A DNA stretch of 64,000 nt from Desulfurococcaceae archaeon (lineage in GTDB: Archaea; Thermoproteota; Thermoprotei_A; Sulfolobales; Desulfurococcaceae). Each line of letters begins with the position of its first letter. Position 1 is the first letter of the stretch. Location of the stretch: the NCBI GenBank assembly GCA_038816475.1, contig JAWBAI010000002.1, positions 96,001 to 160,000 on the forward strand. The letters are read 5' to 3'. This document shows, one piece after another, positions 39,300 to 49,458 of the stretch. Position numbers and translations under genes: made by a program. Below the pieces are notes generated by a model. That model saw only the letters and a program-made list of their open reading frames with translations. It was not told the origin of the DNA and did no database searches.

Positions 39300-40256
39300 T
39301 CAATAGGGTACAATGCACTCTTCGAGTAGATTGTAGTCATCATTCATCCTAATATACTTCACGAGACCTGCACATTTAAAGCCGTAAACAAGAGGACTGC
39401 TGAACACTGTAATAACACGTCCTCCGTGAGATCTCCTGGTACCGTTTACAGCTTCATGAGCTCTTATCAAATACTTAACCTTTGCTAACTCAAGTACCCT
39501 GTTGGTTATCCTAGTGCCGTATAGTACACCTGCTCCTCTCGGAGAAGGCATGTAATCTATATTCATTTCAACGGGATCACTCCACAGTATTTCTTCAAGA
39601 AGCGCGCTGGAAGGTTTCTTCTTTCCAACCTCAAAGCTTTCCTCGAAGCTACCTTGCACTAGTACAGATTTTGGAGGGCCTCCGTGAAGTGCTATGAACC
39701 CATTCTCCACGATAGCCACGAGAGGAAGTTTATCGAATAAAGCTAACGAAAGCTCATAGAGAGCGCGCCCTTCCTCCCTAAATCTGGCCTCGAGTTGATA
39801 GGGGTAGTCGTGAGGATATGGTATTAGCCATTTAGGTGGTTCGTGGTTACCTCTCAGTAGAACAATTCTTTCGGGGTAAGTTAACTTGAGATACAAAACA
39901 GTTGCAAGAGTCTCTATCTGCGCGTATCCTCTATCAACGTAGTCGCCTAGGAACACCACTACGTGGTTTTTCTCCTCTAAGTAATCCCATATAGAGTTCA
40001 TTATTGTTAAGAGCGAGTAGAAGTCACCATGTAGATCACCCACTAGAACTGTTGACAAGTGCTCGCCTAGCTTAACAATACCAGGATTCAAGTACTTAGA
40101 ACCAGGTGGTGTTTCATCAAGAGTCTTCGAGCACTCTTCGAGTAACTCCCTGTACTTTGAAGCATTTTGAGAATAAACGTGAACTTCGTCAACCAGGTTT
40201 CTTACGCCTCTACTTAAAACACCTTTATCAATGAAGCGCCTTTCTATACTAAACAC
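39300..40256 (-). CDS. PPP-family Ser/Thr protein phosphatase
   Basis: GDLHG, FLGDYVDRG, LRGNHE, HGG, ILWSDP, SPRGAG, IRAHE, TVFSS. Confidence 0.93.
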   Translation of the reverse strand: MFSIERRFIDKGVLSRGVRNLVDEVHVYSQNASKYRELLEECSKTLDETPPGSKYLNPGIVKLGEHLSTVLVGDLHGDFYSLLTIMNSIWDYLEEKNHVVVFLGDYVDRGYAQIETLATVLYLKLTYPERIVLLRGNHEPPKWLIPYPHDYPYQLEARFREEGRALYELSLALFDKLPLVAIVENGFIALHGGPPKSVLVQGSFEESFEVGKKKPSSALLEEILWSDPVEMNIDYMPSPRGAGVLYGTRITNRVLELAKVKYLIRAHEAVNGTRRSHGGRVITVFSSPLVYGFKCAGLVKYIRMNDDYNLLEECIVPY

Positions 40257-40358
40257 CCGGATAGCACTTGTTCCGGGCTATCAACCTACTACATTTCGTA
40301 CATTAAGAAGTAAGGAGCTCCTTATAGCTCTGCATAGAACCAGTAGAACAAGGGAAAC

Positions 40359-40412
40359 TCAGCGGCTACCAGCGTGTACATCACAACTTCAGTAGCGGCC
40401 AAGGTTCAGCAT
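40359..40412 (-). ncRNA. Box C/D guide sRNA
   Basis: Minus strand ATGCTGA-ACCTTGGCCGCTA-CTGA-AGTT-GTGATGT-ACACGCTGGTAGCCG-CTGA. Confidence 0.8.
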
Positions 40413-40527
40413 TTTTCCACTACTAGACAAGAGTTACCTAGGCTAATATAGGTTTATTAAACTACCAGGTGAATACAGAATCTCTTCCGAGTAACCGTGT
40501 TACATAGAGCGTGGATAATCCTGTTGC

Positions 40528-40579
40528 TCAGCTAAATGCCTTCTAATCACTGTTCATTACCGGAGGTACTCTTCATCGC
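40528..40579 (-). ncRNA. Box C/D guide sRNA
   Basis: Minus strand GCGATGA-AGAGTACCTCCGGTA-ATGA-ACA-GTGATTA-GAAGGCATTTAG-CTGA, 8 nt after the gatE stop. Confidence 0.78.
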
Positions 40580-40587
40580 CACTAGTA

Positions 40588-42510
40588 CTATATTCCCATG
40601 GTCTCTTTTAACTTGCTTTTCACCCGTTCTGCTACTATTTTTCCATCTATTTTACCTCGAACAATCTTCATTACCTCACTCATAACTATTGTAAATGCCT
40701 TGTCGGGTCTCGCTGCGAGTTTACCCTTGTTCTCCTCGATGATCTTCACGATCAGCGAGTCAAGTTCTTCTACTCTGATTCTTCCTAAACCCAGCTCTTC
40801 AACAGCTTTTCTCACGCTGATACCCGGGTTTCTAGCTAAGTACGCTAAAACAGCGGGTACAGCTTCCTTGGCTATTACTCCTTCTGCAAGAGCTTCAACA
40901 ACGTTCTCTATTTCACGCTCGTCGAGCTCATCTACTGGTACACCTTCACGTCTAAGGGATGGAATAATGTTGGTTAGTATAGATGCTATCGTAGAGCATG
41001 AAACTCTATCCTTGTACCTTGTAGCCAGGTACTCGTAGAGGTCCAATCTCAGGTCGTTGAGTACAGCGTACGCGAGTTCTCTGCTCAAACCGTGAACTTC
41101 AACCAGTGTTTTGTACTTGACATCAGGATGCTCTGGAACAAGCTTATCCGCTTCTCTAAGCAGCTCTTCGGTTACCCTTACTGGAGGAATATCCGTTTCA
41201 GGGTACATTCTTGCTGCTCCAGGCCTTGGTCTCATGTACTTTGTTGTTCCATCGGGGTTAGCTGCTCTAGTTTCCTCTGGTACGCCGATAACAGCATACG
41301 CTGCTCTCTCAACTATAGCTTCTAGTGCTTTCTCAGCCTTACTTCTGGCGTCGGCTACTATTACTATAGCGTCTCTAGTAGGATCAGCACCTGTAGCCGA
41401 GTATAGTCTTAGCACATCGTCAGCTGTTAATCCGCATCCCGGTAATTCATCCGTGTGAATTATTCCTCCAACACCACCCCATACTTTAGCGTAGTCGCTG
41501 AGTTCTGTTCCAAATCTTCTACCTGGTTGAACATGTTTACCCAGTAAACCCTTGAAACCTGGTAGTACCTGCGCTAGTACAGCACCATCATTCATGGAGA
41601 TTGCTCTCTTGATAATCTTCGAGTCTGCATGCCTCAATACATCCGTTACATCGACTATATCGAGTTTAACGTCTCCTGGAACTACTCCTCTCCTATTAAG
41701 CTCATCCCTTATTTCGAGAAGCTTAAGTTGCCTTTCAACCTCGAGCTCTACCACTCTTGGTATCAAATAGAGGTGCTGAATCCCCTTGATCTCTACCTTG
41801 GCTCCTCCAGCTATGCTTATGTTTATATCCTGCCTAATACTACCAAGTCCTCGCTTCGCTTTTCCAGTTAATCTTACTAATTGACCTATCTTCAAGGCTG
41901 TTTTCAGAGCTAAGTCTGGAGAGTCTACATCGGGTGCTGTTGCAATCTCAATCAGAGGTATGCCTAGCCTGTCGATAACGTAGTGAACCTGGTTTTCCCG
42001 CTCATCGATCTTGCGTGCAGCGTCTTCCTCTAAGCAAAGCGTTTGTATGCCTACTCTTCTACCTTCAACCTCAATACTTCCACCAACTGCTACTAAGACT
42101 GTTCTCTGAAACCCACTCACGTTGCTTCCATCAATAACAATTTTTCTCATCACATGTAGCTCGTCAACAATATTCATATTCAACGCTTTTGCAACTGCTA
42201 GAGCTGTAAGCAGAGACTCTTCGTCTATTAAATGCGGTGGTTCTTCGTCAGCCTCCACAAGGCACGAAGACTCCCAAGGAGCCTTGTATACGAACTCCTT
42301 GTTCTTGTGCCATTCGAGTAAAGCTGCTGGGTCAACTTCCCCTACTTCGCTTCTAGCTGGTCTTAAATACCTTGCAAATTCTGCTTGATCTCTCTCAGCT
42401 AGGATCGGTGAACAATGGCAAAACAGTTTTCTCCTGGTGTTCAGCTGCACGTGTATTTCAAGACCCACTTTCAACCCAATTGACTTATAATCGATGCTCA
42501 CAGCATCCAC
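40588..42510 (-). CDS. gatE: Glu-tRNA(Gln) amidotransferase subunit E
   Basis: [51 protein letters not shown]. Confidence 0.97.
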   Translation of the reverse strand: MDAVSIDYKSIGLKVGLEIHVQLNTRRKLFCHCSPILAERDQAEFARYLRPARSEVGEVDPAALLEWHKNKEFVYKAPWESSCLVEADEEPPHLIDEESLLTALAVAKALNMNIVDELHVMRKIVIDGSNVSGFQRTVLVAVGGSIEVEGRRVGIQTLCLEEDAARKIDERENQVHYVIDRLGIPLIEIATAPDVDSPDLALKTALKIGQLVRLTGKAKRGLGSIRQDINISIAGGAKVEIKGIQHLYLIPRVVELEVERQLKLLEIRDELNRRGVVPGDVKLDIVDVTDVLRHADSKIIKRAISMNDGAVLAQVLPGFKGLLGKHVQPGRRFGTELSDYAKVWGGVGGIIHTDELPGCGLTADDVLRLYSATGADPTRDAIVIVADARSKAEKALEAIVERAAYAVIGVPEETRAANPDGTTKYMRPRPGAARMYPETDIPPVRVTEELLREADKLVPEHPDVKYKTLVEVHGLSRELAYAVLNDLRLDLYEYLATRYKDRVSCSTIASILTNIIPSLRREGVPVDELDEREIENVVEALAEGVIAKEAVPAVLAYLARNPGISVRKAVEELGLGRIRVEELDSLIVKIIEENKGKLAARPDKAFTIVMSEVMKIVRGKIDGKIVAERVKSKLKETMGI

Positions 42511-43847
42511 CTTGGGTAAAGGTCAATTGTGTGCCTGTAGTTGATTTCCCCTACAAGATTAGTCTCCATGATCTTTTTAACTTCCTTGAGATCCCTCGTG
42601 ATCGATCCCAGGATCCAAGACAACTTAACATACGCTGTTTCAGGAAGCATGTCGTACCCCGGTATAACCCCTGCGTCTAGCAATCTTCTACCCGTGCTAT
42701 ACACGTACATGTCCACTCTTCCGAAGAGGCATTGACTAGTCATAACTACCGGTATGCCTAGTTCAACGGCTCTCTTAATGGAACTTACTAGCTTGTTCGC
42801 GACGTGACCAAGACCTGTACCCTCGATAACTATCCCGTGGTAACCCTTATCAACAAGGTAATCTATGATGCCGGCTTCCATACCCGGGTAAAACTTTACT
42901 AATGCTACTTTGCTATCAAAATTCGCTCTTAAAACCGGGTTCTTATCACCTCTATACTCGTAGATCTTACCTGTAATCACTATTTCCCGCTTGAACGGAT
43001 CAACGAGAGCTATCGGTTTATCGTTTATTGATTGAAACGCGTCTCTTCTACTAGTATGCATTTTTCGAGTTTTCACACCCCTATGAACAGCCACCAGGTT
43101 ATCCGATGTTGACGCGTGCATTGCTACTACGGATTCTGCGAAGGGAGCTTTAGCAGCTACCAGAGTAGCAGATAGTAGGTTTAAAACAGCGTCGGTACTA
43201 GGCCTATCACTGCTTCTCTGAGAACCCACTAGTATTATTGGAACAGGCTTGTTCTGTATGCTGAAAGCTAGCGCTGAAGCCGTGTACGCCATGGTGTCTG
43301 TACCGTGAGCTACTACTACCCCTGAAACTCCGCTCTCGATCTCCTTGTACACTTCCTCTGCTATTTTACTCCATAGTTCTGGTGTCATGTCCTCACTGAA
43401 TATGCTCATTACCTCCCTAGCTGAGAACAAAGCTATTTCCTCCAACTCGGGTATCCACTCGGTGATCTCCTCTGGTTTCAATGCAGGTGTAACCGCGCCT
43501 GTTTCGTAATCAACCTTAGATGCTATTGTTCCACCTGTACTTACAAGTGTAACTTTGGGTAACGATTTGTTCGGCGGATGCTTTGGAGGAGTAGAGGTGC
43601 TCCTCGGTTTGTACTTCTCTACAAGTTCTATCTCTTCGATCCTCGCAAAATCTACACCTATGTTGTACCCGTTCTCAAGCTTTAGAACAATTATCGATGA
43701 GCTCTCGAAAAGCTGAGGTCTTGGCATTAAAAGTCCTTTGAGAATAGTTCCATCCTTTAACTTAACGAAAACCTTGTCCCCTGGTTCTAAGCCCCTTGAA
43801 TGTAAATACGTTGCTAAACTACCAGTGTAGCCATAGTATACTAGCAA
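42498..43847 (-). CDS. gatD: Glu-tRNA(Gln) amidotransferase subunit D
   Basis: [43 protein letters not shown]. Confidence 0.97.
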   Translation of the reverse strand: MLVYYGYTGSLATYLHSRGLEPGDKVFVKLKDGTILKGLLMPRPQLFESSSIIVLKLENGYNIGVDFARIEEIELVEKYKPRSTSTPPKHPPNKSLPKVTLVSTGGTIASKVDYETGAVTPALKPEEITEWIPELEEIALFSAREVMSIFSEDMTPELWSKIAEEVYKEIESGVSGVVVAHGTDTMAYTASALAFSIQNKPVPIILVGSQRSSDRPSTDAVLNLLSATLVAAKAPFAESVVAMHASTSDNLVAVHRGVKTRKMHTSRRDAFQSINDKPIALVDPFKREIVITGKIYEYRGDKNPVLRANFDSKVALVKFYPGMEAGIIDYLVDKGYHGIVIEGTGLGHVANKLVSSIKRAVELGIPVVMTSQCLFGRVDMYVYSTGRRLLDAGVIPGYDMLPETAYVKLSWILGSITRDLKEVKKIMETNLVGEINYRHTIDLYPRWML

Positions 43848-44009
43848 TACCTACACCCGCGTTTACACCCAGAATCACATGTATCTCTCAATCTAAAATA
43901 CTGAAGCAGAATAGTAAACCGGTTTAAGCTGGTTCTAGGTGAAACTACTTCGAGTTTCTTCTCGTAAGCACCTTTAAAAGAACACTACGAGAAAGCGTTT
44001 AAAATAGAT

Positions 44010-44180
44010 TTATGAAGGTAGTTGCGTTAACTGCGTCTCTTCTTTCTTAGCAATAAACCTTCTTACGTACTCTATTTTGTTTCTAACTCTAGGTGGTTTG
44101 TTCTTTTTTGGTTTAGGCGGTATCTTCGGTGTTTGACTTCTTACTTTTCCTGCTTTCGTAAGCGAACCGTGACTTGGCAT
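44010..44180 (-). CDS. rps30e: 30S ribosomal protein S30e (absent from the ORF track, 56 aa)
   Basis: Hand translation: [56 protein letters not shown]. Confidence 0.95.
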   Translation of the reverse strand: MPSHGSLTKAGKVRSQTPKIPPKPKKNKPPRVRNKIEYVRRFIAKKEETQLTQLPS

Positions 44181-44266
44181 GGTTTGGGCACCATTTACTT
44201 TATGACGGTTAAAAGAGTATTTTAAATATTACTAACAACATTAACAAAAGAGGGCGGGTATAAGCT

Positions 44267-45502
44267 ATGATAGATAAAGTGTACATCGTAGAAACAGTTA
44301 TCGGTATACTCGGTGTTAGCTCTAATAACGAAGTAGTGGAGTACGTTCCTGCACCATCAAGACTAGATGACATCGTAGAGTACTTGCTGAGCATTGAAAA
44401 AGGAGAGTCTACGAAGCTTCACGAGGAGCTATTCATCAAGCTAAAGGAGAAAGGCGTTGTGTACATAGTCACTGAGCACTATTCATCAGCTAAGATCGCA
44501 TCTCAACTAGGTTTAAACCCCCTCGTTGAGCCGGGAAACGAGATCGCACTGTACGTGAGAAAGAACGTCGTTGACTTAGCCGTTAAGTACAACTTTTCCA
44601 AGACGCCCGAAGAATTCTACAGTAAGCTACACGAGATAATGCTTGAGTATGCAAGAAGAAAACTTAGGAAAGAAGCTCAGAAGCGCGACCTTCTAGCTGT
44701 TCAGGCTATTCGTGCAATAGACGACATTGATAGAACAATAAACCTTTACATTGCAAGACTAAGAGAATGGTACAGCTTACATTTCCCCGAACTTGACGAA
44801 CTGGTTAAAGACCATCAGAAGTACGCAAGATTAGTCTATGAACTGAGGGACAGAAACAACTTCACGAAGGACGCACTGGTTAAGCTTGGTTTAACAGAAA
44901 GTGAGGCTGAGAAAATAGAAAATTCTGCTAAAAGCAGTATTGGTGCTGAACTAAGCGATTTCGACCTAGAGTACATTGCGATCCTTGCCGGCATTATACT
45001 AGACCTCTACAAACTACGTGAAACACTGGAAAGATACATTGACTCGGTCATGAAGGAGGTTGCACCTAACGTATGCGCACTGGTTGGTCCAAAGCTTGGT
45101 GCTAGACTGCTTAGCTTAGCTGGAGGTCTCGAAAAACTAGCTAGACTTCCGGCTAGCACTATTCAAGTGCTAGGAGCCGAGAAAGCCTTGTTCAGAGCTC
45201 TTAGAACCGGCGGTAAGCCTCCAAAGCACGGCGTTATATTCCAACACCCAGCTGTACATAAGAGCCCTAGGTGGCAGAGAGGTAAGATAGCTAGAACTCT
45301 TGCTGCAAAGTTAGCCATTGCTGCTAAAGTGGACTACTTCACGGGTAGGTTTGTTGGTGATAAACTTGGCGAGGAGTTCGAAAAGAGGGTTGATGAAATC
45401 AAGAAGCTGTATCCAAAACCACCACCAAAAGCTGAAAAAGTAAAGGCTGAAAAACCCAAGAGGAAGAAAGGAGAGAAAAGTGAAGGAAAAAAGGAGAAGT
45501 AA
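44267..45502 (+). CDS. nop5: Box C/D RNP protein Nop5 (Nop56/58)
   Basis: RLREWYSLHFPEL, PASTIQVLGAEKALF, PKHGVIFQ, RGKIAR, KE-rich tail. Confidence 0.97.
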   Translation: MIDKVYIVETVIGILGVSSNNEVVEYVPAPSRLDDIVEYLLSIEKGESTKLHEELFIKLKEKGVVYIVTEHYSSAKIASQLGLNPLVEPGNEIALYVRKNVVDLAVKYNFSKTPEEFYSKLHEIMLEYARRKLRKEAQKRDLLAVQAIRAIDDIDRTINLYIARLREWYSLHFPELDELVKDHQKYARLVYELRDRNNFTKDALVKLGLTESEAEKIENSAKSSIGAELSDFDLEYIAILAGIILDLYKLRETLERYIDSVMKEVAPNVCALVGPKLGARLLSLAGGLEKLARLPASTIQVLGAEKALFRALRTGGKPPKHGVIFQHPAVHKSPRWQRGKIARTLAAKLAIAAKVDYFTGRFVGDKLGEEFEKRVDEIKKLYPKPPPKAEKVKAEKPKRKKGEKSEGKKEK

Positions 45503-45515
45503 CGGGGTTTAACCT

Positions 45516-46223
45516 ATGAGTTCCGTTGTAAGTATAAAACCCCACGATAAGTACTACGGTGTTTACGTTGTAGAGCTTGAAGAAGGTACCATGAGGTTAG
45601 CTACGAAGAACCTTGTACCAGGTCATAGAGTATACGGTGAAAGACTGTTCCGCTTCGAGGGAGTAGAGTTCAGAGAGTGGAACGCATTTAGAAGTAAATT
45701 TGCTGCCGCTTTGCTTAACGGTCTAGCCGAGCAACCGGTAAGAGAAGGCCACTCTATCTTGTACCTTGGTGTAGCATCGGGAACAACAGCAAGCCACGTA
45801 TCCGACATAGTAGGTCCTCGTGGAAGGGTGTACGGAGTCGACATTGCACCAAGGGTTCTCCGAGAATTCCTAATGGTAGCCGACGCGAGGAAAAACCTAC
45901 TTCCAATACTCGGTGACGCGAGAAAACCTCAGGAGTATAGACATGTAGTTGAGCTCGTTAACGGCATATACGCTGACATCGCGCAACCGGATCAAGCTGC
46001 AATAGTAGCTGACAACGCAGACATGTTCTTAATGGATGGAGGATACCTCTTGTTGGCTATTAAAGCCAGAAGCATAGACGTAACCAAGGAGCCTAGTGAA
46101 ATATATAGAAGAGAGGTGAACACGCTTAAAGAAAGAGGGTTTGAAATAATAGATGTTGTTCACCTAGAACCCTACGACAAGGACCATGCAATGATATATG
46201 CAATCTATCATAGAAAGCGGTAA
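45516..46223 (+). CDS. flpA: Fibrillarin rRNA/tRNA 2'-O-methyltransferase
   Basis: VYGE, WNAFRSK, LYLG..SGTTASHVSD, DIAQPDQ, KARSID. Confidence 0.97.
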   Translation: MSSVVSIKPHDKYYGVYVVELEEGTMRLATKNLVPGHRVYGERLFRFEGVEFREWNAFRSKFAAALLNGLAEQPVREGHSILYLGVASGTTASHVSDIVGPRGRVYGVDIAPRVLREFLMVADARKNLLPILGDARKPQEYRHVVELVNGIYADIAQPDQAAIVADNADMFLMDGGYLLLAIKARSIDVTKEPSEIYRREVNTLKERGFEIIDVVHLEPYDKDHAMIYAIYHRKR

Positions 46224-46258
46224 TGCGTTTTTATTAGCTAATTTATTAAATCAAAGTA

Positions 46259-47161
46259 ATGGGAATGCTCATTTTGAAGCCTGACCAGAAGAACGCTGAA
46301 TGGTTGCTCGAAAAGATAATAAGCACTTTGAAGAGTGTGAGTACTGAAATCGATGTTATTTCCTACCCTCCAGGTCAGAGAAGCATAGATATAGTTGCAG
46401 CTTTAAACAAGGAAAACTTGCTTTTCAAAGTTGTAGATGACCTGCAAAAGCTGAACAAAGCGGAAACCGAGGATCTCGTTAAAGCCGAGAGAGCGTTTGG
46501 AGCATCCTCGGTTGTTATAACCGAACATGATGGTGGAACTGAACTGGAGGATGACGTAGTCTACTTCAAGTACTCAACGAAGATCATTACACCTGAAACT
46601 CTCAGGAGTTACCTCAGAGGAGAAAAACCACTTGTAGCATCAATACGAGGCAACTACGTTCTGAAGATAAACCCCGAGAAATTCTACCAAAGGAGAATAA
46701 AGTACAAATACAGCAGAGGCGAAATAGCAAGACTCATAAATGTTAGTACAAAGGCTGTATATATGTACGAGACAGGGTGTATGTATATTTCCTTGAACAA
46801 GGCAATAGCTTTAGCAAAAATACTCGGAGAGGACATATTCGAGGGATTTGACCTATCAGCTCAAATCAGTGAAAAACATGTTCACAAGCCGTGTACTCCA
46901 AGAGATCACATCGAGGAATCCATATATTCACTGGCCACAAGACTCGGCCACGAGTTCCTAATCTTTGAAAAGACACCAATAGATGCTGTAATCAAAGGCA
47001 AGGAACCTATAGCAGTGGTAAAGAGCACGGGTGAAAACATTAAAGAAAAAATTGAAAACGCTGAGAAAATAGCTAGCAGAGTTAAAACAGAACTTGTTGT
47101 TGTGAAAAACGCTAAAGACCTAGATGCGCTCAGGAAAAGGCTTATTTCTGAACCTCGATAG
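46259..47161 (+). CDS. Archaeal Cro/XRE-type HTH regulator (COG1395-like)
   Basis: RSIDIV N-domain and SRGEIARLINVSTKAVYMYETG HTH. Confidence 0.82.
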   Translation: MGMLILKPDQKNAEWLLEKIISTLKSVSTEIDVISYPPGQRSIDIVAALNKENLLFKVVDDLQKLNKAETEDLVKAERAFGASSVVITEHDGGTELEDDVVYFKYSTKIITPETLRSYLRGEKPLVASIRGNYVLKINPEKFYQRRIKYKYSRGEIARLINVSTKAVYMYETGCMYISLNKAIALAKILGEDIFEGFDLSAQISEKHVHKPCTPRDHIEESIYSLATRLGHEFLIFEKTPIDAVIKGKEPIAVVKSTGENIKEKIENAEKIASRVKTELVVVKNAKDLDALRKRLISEPR

Positions 47162-47188
47162 CAGTTCCTCAACCAAAGGTGTAATTGA

Positions 47189-47725
47189 TTGTTTAAACTA
47201 GTTATAACCGGTAGACCGGGCGTTGGAAAATCTACGCTGTTCAACGCTATTATCTCGGAGCTTAGAAAGAACAACTACAAAGTTGGAGGATTAATAGCAC
47301 CCGAAGTTAGACACCTGGGCTCAAGAATAGGATTTAAACTAGTAGATCTACAAACTGGCGAGGAAACATGGTTAGCCAGAAAAGACGTTGCAAGTCACGT
47401 ACGCGTGGGCTCCTACGGAGTACTGGTAGATACCGCGTCGAAGTTCGTTGAAAAAGCCCTTAGTACAGCAATATCAAGAGCCGACGTTATCGCCGTTGAC
47501 GAGGTTGGACCCATGGAGCTGAAATTACCTACGTTCAAACCGCTTCTCATGAAAGCACTGAGCACGAATAAACCAATCATACTGGTGGTTCATATAAGGC
47601 TGAACGATGCCGAGATACTGTCCAAGCTTGAGCATGCAAGAAAAGTAGTTGTAACGCTTGAGAACCGTGAACTACTTAGAAAAACTCTACCCATGGAAGT
47701 TTTAGATGCCATTAAGCGAATCTAA
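47189..47725 (+). CDS. Nucleoside triphosphatase THEP1 (COG1618)
   Basis: ITGRPGVGKST, RIGFKL, VGSYGV, VDEVGPMEL. Confidence 0.92.
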   Translation: MFKLVITGRPGVGKSTLFNAIISELRKNNYKVGGLIAPEVRHLGSRIGFKLVDLQTGEETWLARKDVASHVRVGSYGVLVDTASKFVEKALSTAISRADVIAVDEVGPMELKLPTFKPLLMKALSTNKPIILVVHIRLNDAEILSKLEHARKVVVTLENRELLRKTLPMEVLDAIKRI

Positions 47726-48047
47726 TTACACGTTGAAGCTTCTGAGCAAGGTCTTCGCACGTAACATCCCTGATTAGAACTCTCTTAACAGAACCTCTTA
47801 CACCGTACACGATGTCTATTTTGGATGGAGGTATTTTCAATGCGCGAGAAAGGAAGCCTATGAGAGCAGCATTGCTTCTACCGGCATTACTCGCACTCGT
47901 TGTCTTAAATACCAGGTCTCCACCTTCGATTGTGAAGTAGTTTTCAGATATATCCTCCTCGATTTTAACAACAACAGTGCAACCCTCAGAGGAGTCGAGC
48001 AAGTTGTTCCTAATCGTCTTGAACACTAGCTCGCGAAACTCTGACAA
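47712..48047 (-). CDS. DUF167/YggU family protein
   Basis: GRSNAALIGFLSRALKIP..IDIVYG..GSVKRVLI. Confidence 0.75.
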   Translation of the reverse strand: MSEFRELVFKTIRNNLLDSSEGCTVVVKIEEDISENYFTIEGGDLVFKTTSASNAGRSNAALIGFLSRALKIPPSKIDIVYGVRGSVKRVLIRDVTCEDLAQKLQRVIRFA

Positions 48048-48099
48048 AGGGTCTCCCCGAGTATGTAGTAATGCTGCTAGCTTAAATTCACAATGGTGT

Positions 48100-49305
48100 T
48101 CAGCTTCTGGTCTGTAGGCTTTTGATTAAGCTAACCAATTCCGAGTATGGTGCATCAACTCTTACTCCACGCGGATCCATGTGAGTTCTAGAACACGCTA
48201 TTCCCTGTTCTTTCAGCTTGTTAATTAAAACACTCATCTTGGGCATGTTTAAGCCCAGTACCGAGCAGAGCTTGTCAAGCCTGTAGTACGGCTGATCGAT
48301 TTTAGCCTCCTCCGCGAGAATGTTTACTAGTTTAACCGTATCATTGGTTAACCACGGCATCTCCCTTAGTGATGCTAGTATGCTTTCGGTGAGCTGTGGA
48401 GCTTGCATACTGCATATCCAAACCTTACCCATTACTACTGGTCTAGATCCATCGAGACAGCTCAAACCTGCTAAATCTTCGACTGATTTTACAAAACCTC
48501 TTTCGAGAGTACCTCTGCAGAACCATAGGTATCCTATGCAGTTGTTCACCAGCTTGTAGGCTTCGAGGGCTGATCTCCTTGCCTTGAAAAAGACTCTTAC
48601 GTAGTGTTCATGCACTACTGTGACAAGTGGTTGTAGAGCTATTTCTAATGCTGAAGCCCTGAGAACAGTATTAGCTATTAGTAATCTCGCTGCAAACTCC
48701 TTATCGAAGTCAACTTTAACGCACTTGCTCCAGTATCTTGACTGGGTTTTATGGGGATACGTGCAAGAAAGCGATGCTAGATCAGTAGCTGTAATTCCCA
48801 GGAAAGCTTCCTTTCCTATAGGCTTTAACGCTGAGTCTATAAATGGTACTGGTGAACCGTAGGGATCTATGTCCACGTAATCTACGTACACGCCTGATAG
48901 TGTAATAGTGTTTAAGAGAGCATTAGCTTCGTGGTTATAAGCTTCTAACTTCCCTGTGAGGTTGTTAAGCAGTATGTTCTTCCTCATGTAATAGTACGCT
49001 CTTGCATCCACATCGTTTACTATTCCATGACCTCCAACTTCGAGAGCTACTCTAATACCTCTTACTCCTGTACCCGATAGCACATCCACAAAGAAGAAGT
49101 CTCTTTCTCTCATAACGGTTTTCAAGAACAAGACTGAGAGGTCCCTGTTTAAAACAGCTTTGGGATTGTAGAAAACAGGCATCCACGCTGGTTCAATCGC
49201 TCCATCGGGTCTTCTGTAGAACTCTGGGTTTGGTACTACTATCTGAGCAAGCCCTTCTCTGATCAGAACCTCTTTCTTAAGCATCACGTTCGTTGCATGA
49301 TACAC
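48100..49305 (-). CDS. trm1: tRNA (guanine-26-N2)-dimethyltransferase
   Basis: PVFYNP..NRDLS, SGTGVRGIR, DIDPYGSP, ITATD, SRTH. Confidence 0.95.
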   Translation of the reverse strand: MYHATNVMLKKEVLIREGLAQIVVPNPEFYRRPDGAIEPAWMPVFYNPKAVLNRDLSVLFLKTVMRERDFFFVDVLSGTGVRGIRVALEVGGHGIVNDVDARAYYYMRKNILLNNLTGKLEAYNHEANALLNTITLSGVYVDYVDIDPYGSPVPFIDSALKPIGKEAFLGITATDLASLSCTYPHKTQSRYWSKCVKVDFDKEFAARLLIANTVLRASALEIALQPLVTVVHEHYVRVFFKARRSALEAYKLVNNCIGYLWFCRGTLERGFVKSVEDLAGLSCLDGSRPVVMGKVWICSMQAPQLTESILASLREMPWLTNDTVKLVNILAEEAKIDQPYYRLDKLCSVLGLNMPKMSVLINKLKEQGIACSRTHMDPRGVRVDAPYSELVSLIKSLQTRS

Positions 49306-49366
49306 CTCGGGGTACTTGTTTACACGTACATTGTTATATGTACATTGTGGTCACCGGCTGAGAGCA

Positions 49367-49415
49367 TCAGAATGAGAGCTCTTCATCACAGTTCAACCGG
49401 TTCGCTACTCATCAT
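49367..49415 (-). ncRNA. Box C/D guide sRNA (23S rRNA helix 89 region)
   Basis: Minus strand ATGATGA-GTAGCGAACCGG-TTGA-ACT-GTGATGA-AGAGCTCTCATT-CTGA: canonical boxes and two 12-nt guides. Confidence 0.9.
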
Positions 49416-49458
49416 CTCCCGTAATCCTAGAAACGAGCAACGAGTCTGCTCTACGTTA

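Noticed and set aside
43932-43993. ORB-like GTTCTAGGTGAAAC and an 8-bp inverted repeat (TTCTCGTA/TACGAGAA)
   Set aside because: Single imperfect ORB with no cdc6/whiP nearby. The repeat is short and could be chance or a local regulatory site.
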